From a virus: a DNA stretch of 64,000 bases. Positions within the stretch are counted from its first letter, which is position 1. The number at the start of each line of letters is the position of its first letter. The stretch is taken from the IMG/VR virus record IMGVR_UViG_3300045988_176106, one strand, 5' to 3'. The notes beneath the pieces were generated by a model. It was not told the origin of the DNA. It saw only the letters and a program-made list of their open reading frames with translations, and searched no databases. Positions 31,508 through 41,222 of the stretch are shown one piece after another. Both the position numbers and the translations under genes were made by a program.

Positions 31508-32890
31508 ATGAGTAATGAATTCAATTACGGTAAAGGAATTCCTAAATCGGAATTAGATACTGTATTCAATTTGTCAGAACAACTGACAAATTTTAATAAA
31601 AGTAAAACAGTTGTAGAATCTGTTTTAGAAGATAAAATGAAATCCGTATCCTCTGGTAGTGATACTAATAAAACAATTCCAATTTTGTTGTCTTCACAAG
31701 CAATTTCTATTAGTGGAGATAAACTAACCAAAACAAATTATTTAAAAGCATTCGATATTGATGAAGATCAATACAAACATATAGCATTGACAGAAGATGA
31801 AGCAAAGAATCTTAATAAAAGTATTGCTAAGATGACTTCTGGTGGCGTAACAGCTGCTGCACCAATGATATGTAGAGGTTCCAAATGTCCTTTCTCTGAA
31901 ACCTGTGTAACAGGTGATACATTAGTATCTATGAGGTATGGAACAGCTAAGAAAATAAAAGATATAGTAGACAAAGATAAAATATACAGCTTTGACACAA
32001 AAACACAAGAAATCCGTAGTGATTTTGTTATAGGATCAGTTATTCCAACAGGTAGACGAGAAGTCTACACTGTTATTACTGAACATGGACATTCTTTAAA
32101 GGTTACAACAAACCATTTATTTTATGCATATAACGGAGATGTATATTCATATATCTCTATTGATGATGGGTTAGAAGTTGGACATAAGGTTTTAGTTACT
32201 GACTTATTTTATAATGAAGAACTAGAAGCAGATATAGAAAATGTGAATCAATATGGAGATCTTTTAGAATCAGAAATAGTAGCTATAGAGTATTCTGGTA
32301 TAGAGGATGTGTACGACATAACAGTAAATCTGAATTCTAATTTCTTTGCAAATGGTATCTTAGTTCACAATTGTGAACTTAATAAGATTAATAAAGCTCC
32401 TATAGGTTCACAATGTATATATGAACAAACATATTTAAGACAATCTATTGAGGGGTACCTAGAAGAGTTTAATGCAGATCCAAGCAGAATAACTGAAATG
32501 CATCTTATATCCGAATTATCAGAATTAGACCTATACGAAAGAAGAGCTACATTAATGTTAGCTCTACAAGACCAAAATATGTCTCAAGAAGATTTTTACG
32601 GATTTGATGCCAATGGTGGGCAAATAATAAAAGAAGATGTATCTAAATATTTCAATATAAAAGAGCGTATCAAAAAGAATCGCTTAAAAATATTAGAAAC
32701 ATTAATGGCCACAAGAAAAGACGCTGCAAAAGTTGCAGTAGATACACTTCAAAGTGGAGTATCATCAGAAATGGCATCATTAGCATCCAAAGTTGATATG
32801 ATATTAAAAAATGTCGGAAATTCAAGCGGTGGTCATTATGTAGATCCAGCAATTCAGGAATTCTTAAATGCCAAGAAAAAAGAGCAATAA
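31508..32890 (+). CDS. Intein-interrupted Cys4 protein, first gene of the packaging operon (small-terminase role is a guess)
   Basis: 460 aa. The spliced product would be ~304 aa, with CRGSKCPFSET-C...(x13)...C around the splice junction. Confidence 0.8.
   Translation: MSNEFNYGKGIPKSELDTVFNLSEQLTNFNKSKTVVESVLEDKMKSVSSGSDTNKTIPILLSSQAISISGDKLTKTNYLKAFDIDEDQYKHIALTEDEAKNLNKSIAKMTSGGVTAAAPMICRGSKCPFSETCVTGDTLVSMRYGTAKKIKDIVDKDKIYSFDTKTQEIRSDFVIGSVIPTGRREVYTVITEHGHSLKVTTNHLFYAYNGDVYSYISIDDGLEVGHKVLVTDLFYNEELEADIENVNQYGDLLESEIVAIEYSGIEDVYDITVNLNSNFFANGILVHNCELNKINKAPIGSQCIYEQTYLRQSIEGYLEEFNADPSRITEMHLISELSELDLYERRATLMLALQDQNMSQEDFYGFDANGGQIIKEDVSKYFNIKERIKKNRLKILETLMATRKDAAKVAVDTLQSGVSSEMASLASKVDMILKNVGNSSGGHYVDPAIQEFLNAKKKEQ
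31904..32371 (+). mobile_element. Mini-intein (156 aa, no homing-endonuclease domain)
   Basis: Block A is CVTGDTLVSM (Cys1 at 31904). Block B is LKVTTNHLF. Blocks F/G are VYDITVNLNSNFFANGILVHN, followed by the +1 Cys at 32372. Confidence 0.9.
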
Positions 32891-33323
32891 GAATAACAAG
32901 AATAATGGTATATATTTCAATAAAAATGATATGTATAAGAGCGGTATGTTTAAGTCTGTCAAAAATAGACAGTATATGAAATACCGCTCAGCATATGAAT
33001 ATGCATTTTTTGAAAAACTTGAATCTGACCCAAATGTTATAAAATATTTGGCTGAAGCTATACATATACCATATGTGGACATAGACTTAAAAAAGAGAAC
33101 ATATATTCCTGATGTCCTGGTTCTTTATAAAGATGGCAGAATGGAGCTTTGCGAGGTTAAACCAACTATAATGCTTAAAGATCCAAATGTGCAACTAAAA
33201 GCAAGGGCAGCAGTAAGGAAAATAAAATCTACTGGCAAAAATATGTCATTCAGATTTATAACTGAAAATGACCTATTTAAGAGTAATAAAGAATATTTAG
33301 CTATACTGGATAAAATAAAATGA
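32868..33323 (+). CDS. PD-(D/E)XK nuclease, TnsA-N-terminal-like
   Basis: 151 aa. YRSAYEYAFFEKLESDPNVIKY...RTYIPDVLVLY...ELCEVKP matches the Y-x-S-x-x-E...Y-x-PD...E-x-K layout. 23-nt overlap with the intein host gene. Confidence 0.65.
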   Translation: MPRKKSNKNNKNNGIYFNKNDMYKSGMFKSVKNRQYMKYRSAYEYAFFEKLESDPNVIKYLAEAIHIPYVDIDLKKRTYIPDVLVLYKDGRMELCEVKPTIMLKDPNVQLKARAAVRKIKSTGKNMSFRFITENDLFKSNKEYLAILDKIK

Positions 33324-34993
33324 ATAAAGATTTATGGCAATATGTTACATCTTTCGATATAGAAACTACATCATTAACTCCTAATGGCAATATAACTTTA
33401 GATTATAATGGTGTAACCAGGAATATAGGAAAAGGTAGAATATGGTCTATAGGTGCATACGGAAGAAGTAAGGATAAAACTATTGCCAAAGAATTCCATT
33501 ATGATCCAGATAGTGTTATAGATAAAAAAGCAGAATGGAATGCCCTAAAAAATAAAGAGTTCTACTCTACGAATAAGGTCGTAAGAGACTATTTTGAATA
33601 TGATACTGAAAATTTTAGAAACAATGATATTTACAGGCATATAGATGATGATATATTTGGCGATGGTGGCAATAAGAGGGGCATGATATTAATACAAAAC
33701 TCTCAATTTGAAAGAAGATGGATGTCTTCACTGCCATATTCAGAAATGTTGTCTATACATCGTAATATGATAGAATCTCAAATGTACAATGGTGAAAGGG
33801 TAAATCAGTTGTACAGACCGGCGGAAGTGAGTAGGCATTTACAAGATGCCAAGAATGCCAAAACACTAGCGGCTAGTGATAAAGCATACGACAGAATGAT
33901 TGAAGCTTATAAAGAGATAGATAAGAGAATCTCGTCTTTACCAGCAGGTCAAAATAAATTTTATGTAGCAGACCTTATGGATTTTACTGCAGCAACATTG
34001 ACAAAGGCAGCTGCTCAAGGTAAAGTCCCTGAATCGTATTCTAAAATGGGTCATAATGTTGACTTCTTGGCAAAGTTAATGCTTGGAGAAGAAGAGATAC
34101 ATGGAGCCATGTCAGATGCTAGACAGCAGTATGCAATATTCAAAAAGATGAATATGATAAGAGAAGAGCTTGTATCTGGTAGTTTATCTGACGAGACAAA
34201 AGATATATTTACAAGGATGAGAGAAGCTGAACCATACCTAAGAGAAGTTATGGGTATGAAAGTTTTAAAATCTAATATTCAAAAATATAAAGAGACTGGC
34301 AAATTTGATACAAGACGTAGAGCTGGAGATGCAACTATAACAATAGTTGACAATATCAGTGGTGAAGAGAAGAATATATCTGTTCCTAAATATGTATATA
34401 CTGGATCAAAAGAAGATTCTATAAAACGTATAATGGAAGAGGTAGACAAATATGGCAACACATCTGCAAAGAGGCATCTTGATGACGCATGGGCTAGGTC
34501 TAGTGGTAATATAGATGATTTTATAGATATAATAAGAAATATAGACTCTCCGTCGATAAATAATATAGAGAATTTAGCAGATAATGCTGTAGAGAGCATA
34601 TTGTTAGGTGGAACTGTAGATAGCGATACAAAAAAGCTCATAGAAGAATCATCAAAAATAGACCATAAAAAAGAGTTTATACGAAAAGCAGAAAACATAT
34701 ATGACACTAGAATAAAAAATATACCAGTAATTGGTGAGCTATTACCAAGTAACTTCAAAAAGGGGTATGGCGTATTAGGTCTAGGAGCCGCTGCATTAGG
34801 ATTATATGCGTCAATGGATTCGTTTGATGATGATTTAAAGGTTAGGGCAATAAGAGAAGATCAACAAAGGCTAAGACAAAGACAATATGCAGACCCAACT
34901 ATAAGACAATTCCAGTCACTAGATTATGCATCAATGCCAGCTGGTGTAGGAAAAGCTAACTGGGAGGAGCGGAATAAACACTATGAGTATTGA
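33320..34993 (+). CDS. DEDDh (DnaQ-like) 3'-5' exonuclease domain protein with C-terminal hydrophobic segment
   Basis: 557 aa. Exo I is SFDIETTSL, Exo II-like is LIQNSQFERRWM, Exo III is HGAMSDARQQY. GYGVLGLGAAALGLYASM lies near the C-terminus. Confidence 0.7.
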   Translation: MNKDLWQYVTSFDIETTSLTPNGNITLDYNGVTRNIGKGRIWSIGAYGRSKDKTIAKEFHYDPDSVIDKKAEWNALKNKEFYSTNKVVRDYFEYDTENFRNNDIYRHIDDDIFGDGGNKRGMILIQNSQFERRWMSSLPYSEMLSIHRNMIESQMYNGERVNQLYRPAEVSRHLQDAKNAKTLAASDKAYDRMIEAYKEIDKRISSLPAGQNKFYVADLMDFTAATLTKAAAQGKVPESYSKMGHNVDFLAKLMLGEEEIHGAMSDARQQYAIFKKMNMIREELVSGSLSDETKDIFTRMREAEPYLREVMGMKVLKSNIQKYKETGKFDTRRRAGDATITIVDNISGEEKNISVPKYVYTGSKEDSIKRIMEEVDKYGNTSAKRHLDDAWARSSGNIDDFIDIIRNIDSPSINNIENLADNAVESILLGGTVDSDTKKLIEESSKIDHKKEFIRKAENIYDTRIKNIPVIGELLPSNFKKGYGVLGLGAAALGLYASMDSFDDDLKVRAIREDQQRLRQRQYADPTIRQFQSLDYASMPAGVGKANWEERNKHYEY

Positions 34994-36098
34994 TAACGAA
35001 ACATTAAAACAGCGTAAATCCAAGGCGTTTCAAAGAAAAGTTGATCAAATAGATTTACAATGGGACCAAACTGGTAGAGGTTCATCCTTTAAAAAGAATA
35101 TAGATTATGCTAAAACTATATTCAAGGTTGATAATAATGGTGCTCTTAATACAGGTCTTAGATTTGACAAAAGGAAGATAACAGGTGGATTTGAAGATTT
35201 GGCATCAAAATATGACAGTATGAAAAAGTCTGGCATATCAAATATAGAAGATGTCATGAAGATAAGGTCACAATCTGCAGCAAGGGAACAAACATTTGCA
35301 CAGAGATGGCTTGGTTACGGACATAAAGATTTTCAAACACTTACAACTCCAAGATCAGGGGGAGGTATTGGTAATTTATATATGATGCCTTCTTATGAAG
35401 CATTTGCAACAGCCGGTGTTGGAACTCACTTAAATAGGGCAGCAGCATTCGCATCTGGTATCGGGTTAAAAGATGACCTTATGAACTCAATAGGTGTTGC
35501 AACTGCACATCAAAAGAAAATTATGGCATCAAAAAGTGTTGGCAAGCTTGACAAGTTATTTGCAGGTGTTGCGCCAATGATGGGGGCAGTGTTTTCAGGT
35601 GCAGAAGCATTACCATATTTGACAGGAGAGAAAGAGTCCACCATTACGGATAATGCTATAGTTAGCGTTGCAGGAATGGCTTTATCTTTAGCTGCAGGAA
35701 CATATGGATTTAGGGTTGGAAAAGAACTTACACATGCTGCAACATCGCTTATTCCTAAATTCTCAAAACAAGGTCAAACATTAGGTAAGTTAAGTAAGGC
35801 CCGTGGAGGCCTTAAAATGGCAACTGGTGTAACAGGTGGTCTAGCTGGAGGTATTGGCGCTACATTGGCTGTAGATATGGCTGTAGACATGTTTAAAACA
35901 GCTTCTGACCAGAATAACTCTATCAATAGAGTTAAGAACGCACTGTATAGAAACGATATGGTTGGCAATACATCTGTAAACACTAATCAGCTGTTAACTA
36001 GTAGACAAAAGGCTATGTCAGCATTAAGTAAATCATCATTGAACGATAAAGCATATATAATGGGCAACGAAGCAGCAATACTAAAAGGAATATATTAA
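34983..36098 (+). CDS. Gly/Ala-rich protein (glycine zippers)
   Basis: 371 aa, GVTGGLAGGIGATLAVDMAVDM. Confidence 0.8.
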   Translation: MSIDNETLKQRKSKAFQRKVDQIDLQWDQTGRGSSFKKNIDYAKTIFKVDNNGALNTGLRFDKRKITGGFEDLASKYDSMKKSGISNIEDVMKIRSQSAAREQTFAQRWLGYGHKDFQTLTTPRSGGGIGNLYMMPSYEAFATAGVGTHLNRAAAFASGIGLKDDLMNSIGVATAHQKKIMASKSVGKLDKLFAGVAPMMGAVFSGAEALPYLTGEKESTITDNAIVSVAGMALSLAAGTYGFRVGKELTHAATSLIPKFSKQGQTLGKLSKARGGLKMATGVTGGLAGGIGATLAVDMAVDMFKTASDQNNSINRVKNALYRNDMVGNTSVNTNQLLTSRQKAMSALSKSSLNDKAYIMGNEAAILKGIY

Positions 36099-38050
36099 TG
36101 GGTGTTATACCAATAGTTGATGAAAGTAAAATAAAATCTCCTGTAGAAATAGATATTTCAGATGATAAAGTTGCAGGCAGCATACTTGGACTATATGAAA
36201 CATACTGGAAAGATTATCTAAAGAAAAAGAACTATAATACAGATCCTAATGAAATGTGCAGAATCTGCCAGATGAATCAGATTAAAAAGTTTGGTGAGAT
36301 AACAATAGAATGTAGTGGTCCAAAAACAGTTGTAGGCAAAATGCCAGATGAGATTAAGGCTAATTTCTCAGACGAAGAACTTGATAAGATAGAGCAAACT
36401 AAAAATCCATATGCATGGGCAGATGCAAATATAGATATAGATCAGCCAGACCCTGATAAAAGACTTTTTGCAAGAAGATGGCATCAAGAAATGATGGTAG
36501 TATGCTCTGCCAAAAAGAAAACTATTAGATGTGGACGACGTGCCGGTAAAACATTTGGTTTAGCAATAGACATCGTAGACAGACTAATAAAAAATGAAAA
36601 CTACCAAATCCTCGTAGTGACCCCATTTGAATCTCAAGCAAAAGAGATAACAGATACAGTAAGAAAACTATTAAGAAAAATAAATCCAGAAATAGGATCA
36701 TGGAATTCTTTGGTTACACAGTCTGTAGCATCACCTTATCAAAAGATAACACTAAAAAATGGTTCTACATTAAAAGCATTTACAGCAGGTAATGATGGTG
36801 GATCAATTCGTGGTCAAGGTGCAAACTGGCTTATAATTGACGAGGCAGACTTTTTAACTAAGGCTGCATTTGACTCTGTAATAGCAATTCTGATGGATAA
36901 AAAAGACACAGAATTTACATGTACGTCTACACCTATGGGTGAGAATATATTATTCAAATTATCAAATTCTAAAGAGTATAAAGAATTCCACTTCCCATCA
37001 TTCGTAATCCCTCATTACAGTGATGAGATGGATAAAGACCTTAGGTCTTCTACCTCTGTAATGGGCTATATACAAGAGATCCAAGCAGAGTATGGTGTAG
37101 CAGATAATGCAGTTTTCCAAACTGAATTTATCACAAGAGCAGAAGAGACAAAACTATCAGCACCAATAGTTGATGTACTGATGAATAGACAAGATTATAT
37201 ATTAATACTTGGATGTGACTGGAACGCGGACAAAGTTGGTACAAGAATATGTATTGTTGCATATTCTAAAAAAGAGGATAAGGTTTTTGTATGCTCTATG
37301 GACAATGTGAGAAAAGAGGGGTGGACTCAAGTTGCAGCTGTTGAAAAAATAAAAGAGCTTAATAGGCAGTATATTCCTGACTTTATATTTGTTGATGAGG
37401 GTTTCGGTGAAGCAAACGTGCAACAATTAAAACTTGTTGCGCTAGACTCATATGGAAAACTTCCAAAGGATCATCCAGATTTAAGATTGGCGAATGTACA
37501 ACCAGTAAACTTTTCATCTACATTGGACCTAGTGGATGTTGTTACGGGAGAGATACGTAAAAAATACTATAAAAACTTTATGGTAGAAACAGTGAAAAGG
37601 ATGCTTGAAAAAGGTCTTATATCGTTAAATAATAAGTTAGCAGAACCCATAGTAGAGCAAATGAAGGGCTATGTTGTAAAATCTAGGAATGCTTCTGGAA
37701 GAGAGATATATGAAGCTAAGAACCCAGAAGTTGGTGATCATGACCTAGATGCCTTTATGATAGCGGTATGCGGCCTTCACATGAAATATGAATCAATCCT
37801 TGACACTAGAAGATATTCAGAGTATACAATTTTGCCTTTTGAAAAACAGACGTCTAAGGGTTATAATAGTCAAACTACTATAGAAAAAAGAAAAACAACT
37901 GATGAATTATCCAGAGATGCTAAAAAACTTTATGGAAGAGCTGGTTTAGTTAGACCAAGTTCTGGAAGAGCTGGTAAGCTTATTACTAGAAGTAGTGCAT
38001 ACGGTAAATTCAAGGATTATAGATCAAATATGAGTAAAACATATAGATAG
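36098..38050 (+). CDS. Terminase large subunit
   Basis: 650 aa. Walker A is CGRRAGKTF, Walker B is NWLIIDEADF. Nuclease acidic residues at ILGCDWN, FVDEGFGE, GDHDLDAFM. Confidence 0.9.
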   Translation: MGVIPIVDESKIKSPVEIDISDDKVAGSILGLYETYWKDYLKKKNYNTDPNEMCRICQMNQIKKFGEITIECSGPKTVVGKMPDEIKANFSDEELDKIEQTKNPYAWADANIDIDQPDPDKRLFARRWHQEMMVVCSAKKKTIRCGRRAGKTFGLAIDIVDRLIKNENYQILVVTPFESQAKEITDTVRKLLRKINPEIGSWNSLVTQSVASPYQKITLKNGSTLKAFTAGNDGGSIRGQGANWLIIDEADFLTKAAFDSVIAILMDKKDTEFTCTSTPMGENILFKLSNSKEYKEFHFPSFVIPHYSDEMDKDLRSSTSVMGYIQEIQAEYGVADNAVFQTEFITRAEETKLSAPIVDVLMNRQDYILILGCDWNADKVGTRICIVAYSKKEDKVFVCSMDNVRKEGWTQVAAVEKIKELNRQYIPDFIFVDEGFGEANVQQLKLVALDSYGKLPKDHPDLRLANVQPVNFSSTLDLVDVVTGEIRKKYYKNFMVETVKRMLEKGLISLNNKLAEPIVEQMKGYVVKSRNASGREIYEAKNPEVGDHDLDAFMIAVCGLHMKYESILDTRRYSEYTILPFEKQTSKGYNSQTTIEKRKTTDELSRDAKKLYGRAGLVRPSSGRAGKLITRSSAYGKFKDYRSNMSKTYR

Positions 38051-38064
38051 GAATAAAATTAGAT

Positions 38065-38484
38065 ATGAATGCTAACAATATAACAGTTACAAATGAGACA
38101 GTACAATCGGATGTTGGCATATGCTATTTTGATCCAATTGATGAAACTATAAAAGAGATTGGTTCTAGCTATATTTTAAGTAGCAATTCATATGGCCCAA
38201 TAGTACATAAGCTGATGGTTGCAGTTTCATCTAAATCATTGTCAAAAGTTAGCATTAAGCTTGTAGAGTCTGAAGACTTAAGTAGTAAACTAGATATAAA
38301 ATTGTTACCTGGCGCAGTGACTCCTTCATATTATGAGTTTGATAATGTTCCAAGTTACAACAGTATAAATATAAATGGTCCGCTACAACCATATTCCCTG
38401 ATACCATTCTTTATGCATATAAAGGCAAAATCAGATATAGCGGCTATAAGCAACCTTCCTCTTGAGGTTTCATATGAATTCTAA
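38065..38484 (+). CDS. Hypothetical structural-module protein
   Basis: 139 aa ORF. Confidence 0.75.
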   Translation: MNANNITVTNETVQSDVGICYFDPIDETIKEIGSSYILSSNSYGPIVHKLMVAVSSKSLSKVSIKLVESEDLSSKLDIKLLPGAVTPSYYEFDNVPSYNSININGPLQPYSLIPFFMHIKAKSDIAAISNLPLEVSYEF

Positions 38485-38743
38485 TCAAGTAGAACTATCA
38501 GATGTAATGAAAGTGATAGAGGACTTAGTTAATGCTAAGTCCTCATTATTCGAGAAATTAAAAGATCTAAGAGTTGCTGTATCACAAGAAAAGAATCCAG
38601 AAATAATAACAGCAATAGTCTCACTATTCGGTAGTGATAAAGTAGTAAATGGTAAAGCATACATAACCTTTGAAATGGTTACTCAATGTATGAGAGTTGT
38701 TTATAAGGCTGGGGCAGCAAAAGCCTCTGAATTAATAAAATGA
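38474..38743 (+). CDS. Hypothetical protein
   Basis: The track start is TTG 38462. Re-called at ATG 38474 (MNSNQVEL..., GAGG upstream), 89 aa. Confidence 0.7.
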   Translation: MNSNQVELSDVMKVIEDLVNAKSSLFEKLKDLRVAVSQEKNPEIITAIVSLFGSDKVVNGKAYITFEMVTQCMRVVYKAGAAKASELIK

Positions 38744-39321
38744 CAGACGCTACATTATTTACAGATTTAACTCAAAATAATATAACTGCGCAGCATAGAG
38801 CAGAATTATATCAGAGAATATATCCATTTATGGCTGAAGATTTTGTAAACCACCAAGATTTTACAACATTTATGGAAAACCTTACAAAATGGATGTCATC
38901 AATAGAGGAAAAGCTAACTAAGCAAGGTGCTGCATTAGCTAAGCATACTCACGGTATCACACCACATACACATACAATACCTCAGCACACACACATGATA
39001 CCACCTCATTTTCATCCTCATGCGTATGGACCTACGGGCCCTGTGCCATTAGTTACACTTGTTGAAACACCAAGATCAACACTTCCAAATAATATGCTTC
39101 AAACTCAAGTTCCTGAGGAGCCATCTGGAGTAAACTGGTCTACAGGAACAATACCGAATCCATATTCAAATACATCTGGGGCTACAACAAATCTTGTTAA
39201 CTCCATAGTTGTAGGATCCGGTACAATAGGTGATTCAACACCAAGGGCAAGAAGGTCTATAGTAAACCCACAAGCGGCAACACCAGTGATTCCGCCATAT
39301 TTAACACCTAATGTAGTATAA
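38740..39321 (+). CDS. HxH-repeat protein
   Basis: 193 aa, KHTHGITPHTHTIPQHTHMIPPHFHPH at ~38941-39022. Confidence 0.8.
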   Translation: MTDATLFTDLTQNNITAQHRAELYQRIYPFMAEDFVNHQDFTTFMENLTKWMSSIEEKLTKQGAALAKHTHGITPHTHTIPQHTHMIPPHFHPHAYGPTGPVPLVTLVETPRSTLPNNMLQTQVPEEPSGVNWSTGTIPNPYSNTSGATTNLVNSIVVGSGTIGDSTPRARRSIVNPQAATPVIPPYLTPNVV

Positions 39322-39329
39322 GGACTTTT

Positions 39330-41222
39330 ATGGAATTAGAAAGAAAAGTGTCCTCTACGGACAACACTGCATATGCTACTGCTTATGCACAACAAATTGT
39401 TGACCATTTTGCAAAAGCTTTGCAAGAAAACGGATGCTTAATTCAGGTTCCAGCATCTTTATATATAGAATTAGATAATCTTCATAATCAAATAACAGAT
39501 TATATAGATAGTGCTATAAATTCAGCATCATTAATAGATGATGGGTCTAGTAATGCAAAACAAGATCAAAATGGTGCCACTAATACTGAAGATAGTAATA
39601 CAACTGAAAATGGTATAACTAACGCAGCAGTTGCATCTGCTATAAGAAAAGTAAGTAATGACTGTTTTAACTGCTCAATTCCGAAACCAAAGTTTGACTT
39701 CTCTGGCATATTTGATAGATTAATAGCGGATATACAATCTGCGCTAAGTCAATTTGAACATATGTTTAAATATAAAAAGTCAAATGTATGTCAATACTCA
39801 TACTTCTTTTCGTATTTATGTATACCAGACCTTTTAAAACTTTTATCTCTTATATTAGCAGCGATAGTAAAATTAATGTCAAATATTAATTTGCCTAGAA
39901 TAACTATTGCAGCTTTCATAAATGGAATTTTATCTGCTATAATAGAGGCTTTGGTAAAGAATATATCTATACTTGCTAGATTCGCACTTACTCCTGTATT
40001 GTGTATATTAGATGCAATTGATTCCATAATCGGCCAACTGCCAACACCAGAAAATATAAGACAATCTTCATCAGAAGATCTTAAAAAACTTGGCGTTAGT
40101 GAAGAATTCCTAAATGGAACATACGATACAAATCTTAAAAAACAGACTGCAAGCCTAAGAGATGCTTATTCATCAAGAGTAAATAATCTTTCAAATTCTG
40201 CAACATCATCTATTCAATCTTACGCAGAAGAAACATTTGCTCCACTTAAAAATACAATAAATAAGAGTGTAGAGTCTTTAAATAATAGCATAGCTGAATT
40301 AGCAGCATTATTAAATCATTATTCATGTGAACCATCTAGATCTGGAATATCTATATCAAATTACTTATCGAATATTTCAGAATTAATGGCACTGGCAAAT
40401 CTATTAAGATATATAATAAGATTTAAAGCAGGAAAGAGTGCGTATGAAAAACTGTGTAATACTCCAGTCGATGGAAGTAACGCACTAAATGATAATGATG
40501 TAGGTGATATAGCTGGAAACCTATCTGTTGAAAATATAGGATCTATAATAGCAGAGACTATTGAGAGCGATGTTGAAATAATAACAGATGACAAAGGTAA
40601 TCCAACTGCATTTATAGTTGATAAAGATAATAAGAATAAGGATTCTAATCCAAATAATTTATCATTTTATTCATGTAATCTTGAGGACTTTACAAATTCT
40701 GTAAAAATCCCTAATATAATAAAAGAGATAGTTGACAACGGTATTCCAACTGATAATATACCTGGACTTCCTAATGGTGGATGGACAATAACAATAACTC
40801 CTGAAGATAAATTTACTACTCCACCAGATGATAAAATGATAGTGCCTATACGTGATGATAATGGATGGGATCTTCCAGATCATATTAGAAATATCGTATC
40901 ATTGATAAGTAAATACGACGGCACAGTAAAAAACCCAAAAACAGAAGCAGATATAATCTTTGTAAATGATGATTATATTAATAAACTTATAAATAAGAAG
41001 ACTCCTAGTCTTCCTACAAATAATGTTACAAATCCTGATGGTACAACAACTGCTATAACTACAAACGGTACAGAAGGTATAACTCCAGTAAGAGAAAGAG
41101 AATCTGTTCGTAATATCGTTGCAACATTGTCCCCAGGTAATAATCTCGGCATCAATATGTTAGATTGTGCTAGTGATGAAGAGTTGAACAATATATTGAA
41201 AAACCTTGGCGGAGATATTTAA
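39330..41222 (+). CDS. Hypothetical virion-module protein
   Basis: 630 aa, hydrophobic block YFFSYLCIPDLLKLLSLILAAIVKL. Confidence 0.8.
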   Translation: MELERKVSSTDNTAYATAYAQQIVDHFAKALQENGCLIQVPASLYIELDNLHNQITDYIDSAINSASLIDDGSSNAKQDQNGATNTEDSNTTENGITNAAVASAIRKVSNDCFNCSIPKPKFDFSGIFDRLIADIQSALSQFEHMFKYKKSNVCQYSYFFSYLCIPDLLKLLSLILAAIVKLMSNINLPRITIAAFINGILSAIIEALVKNISILARFALTPVLCILDAIDSIIGQLPTPENIRQSSSEDLKKLGVSEEFLNGTYDTNLKKQTASLRDAYSSRVNNLSNSATSSIQSYAEETFAPLKNTINKSVESLNNSIAELAALLNHYSCEPSRSGISISNYLSNISELMALANLLRYIIRFKAGKSAYEKLCNTPVDGSNALNDNDVGDIAGNLSVENIGSIIAETIESDVEIITDDKGNPTAFIVDKDNKNKDSNPNNLSFYSCNLEDFTNSVKIPNIIKEIVDNGIPTDNIPGLPNGGWTITITPEDKFTTPPDDKMIVPIRDDNGWDLPDHIRNIVSLISKYDGTVKNPKTEADIIFVNDDYINKLINKKTPSLPTNNVTNPDGTTTAITTNGTEGITPVRERESVRNIVATLSPGNNLGINMLDCASDEELNNILKNLGGDI

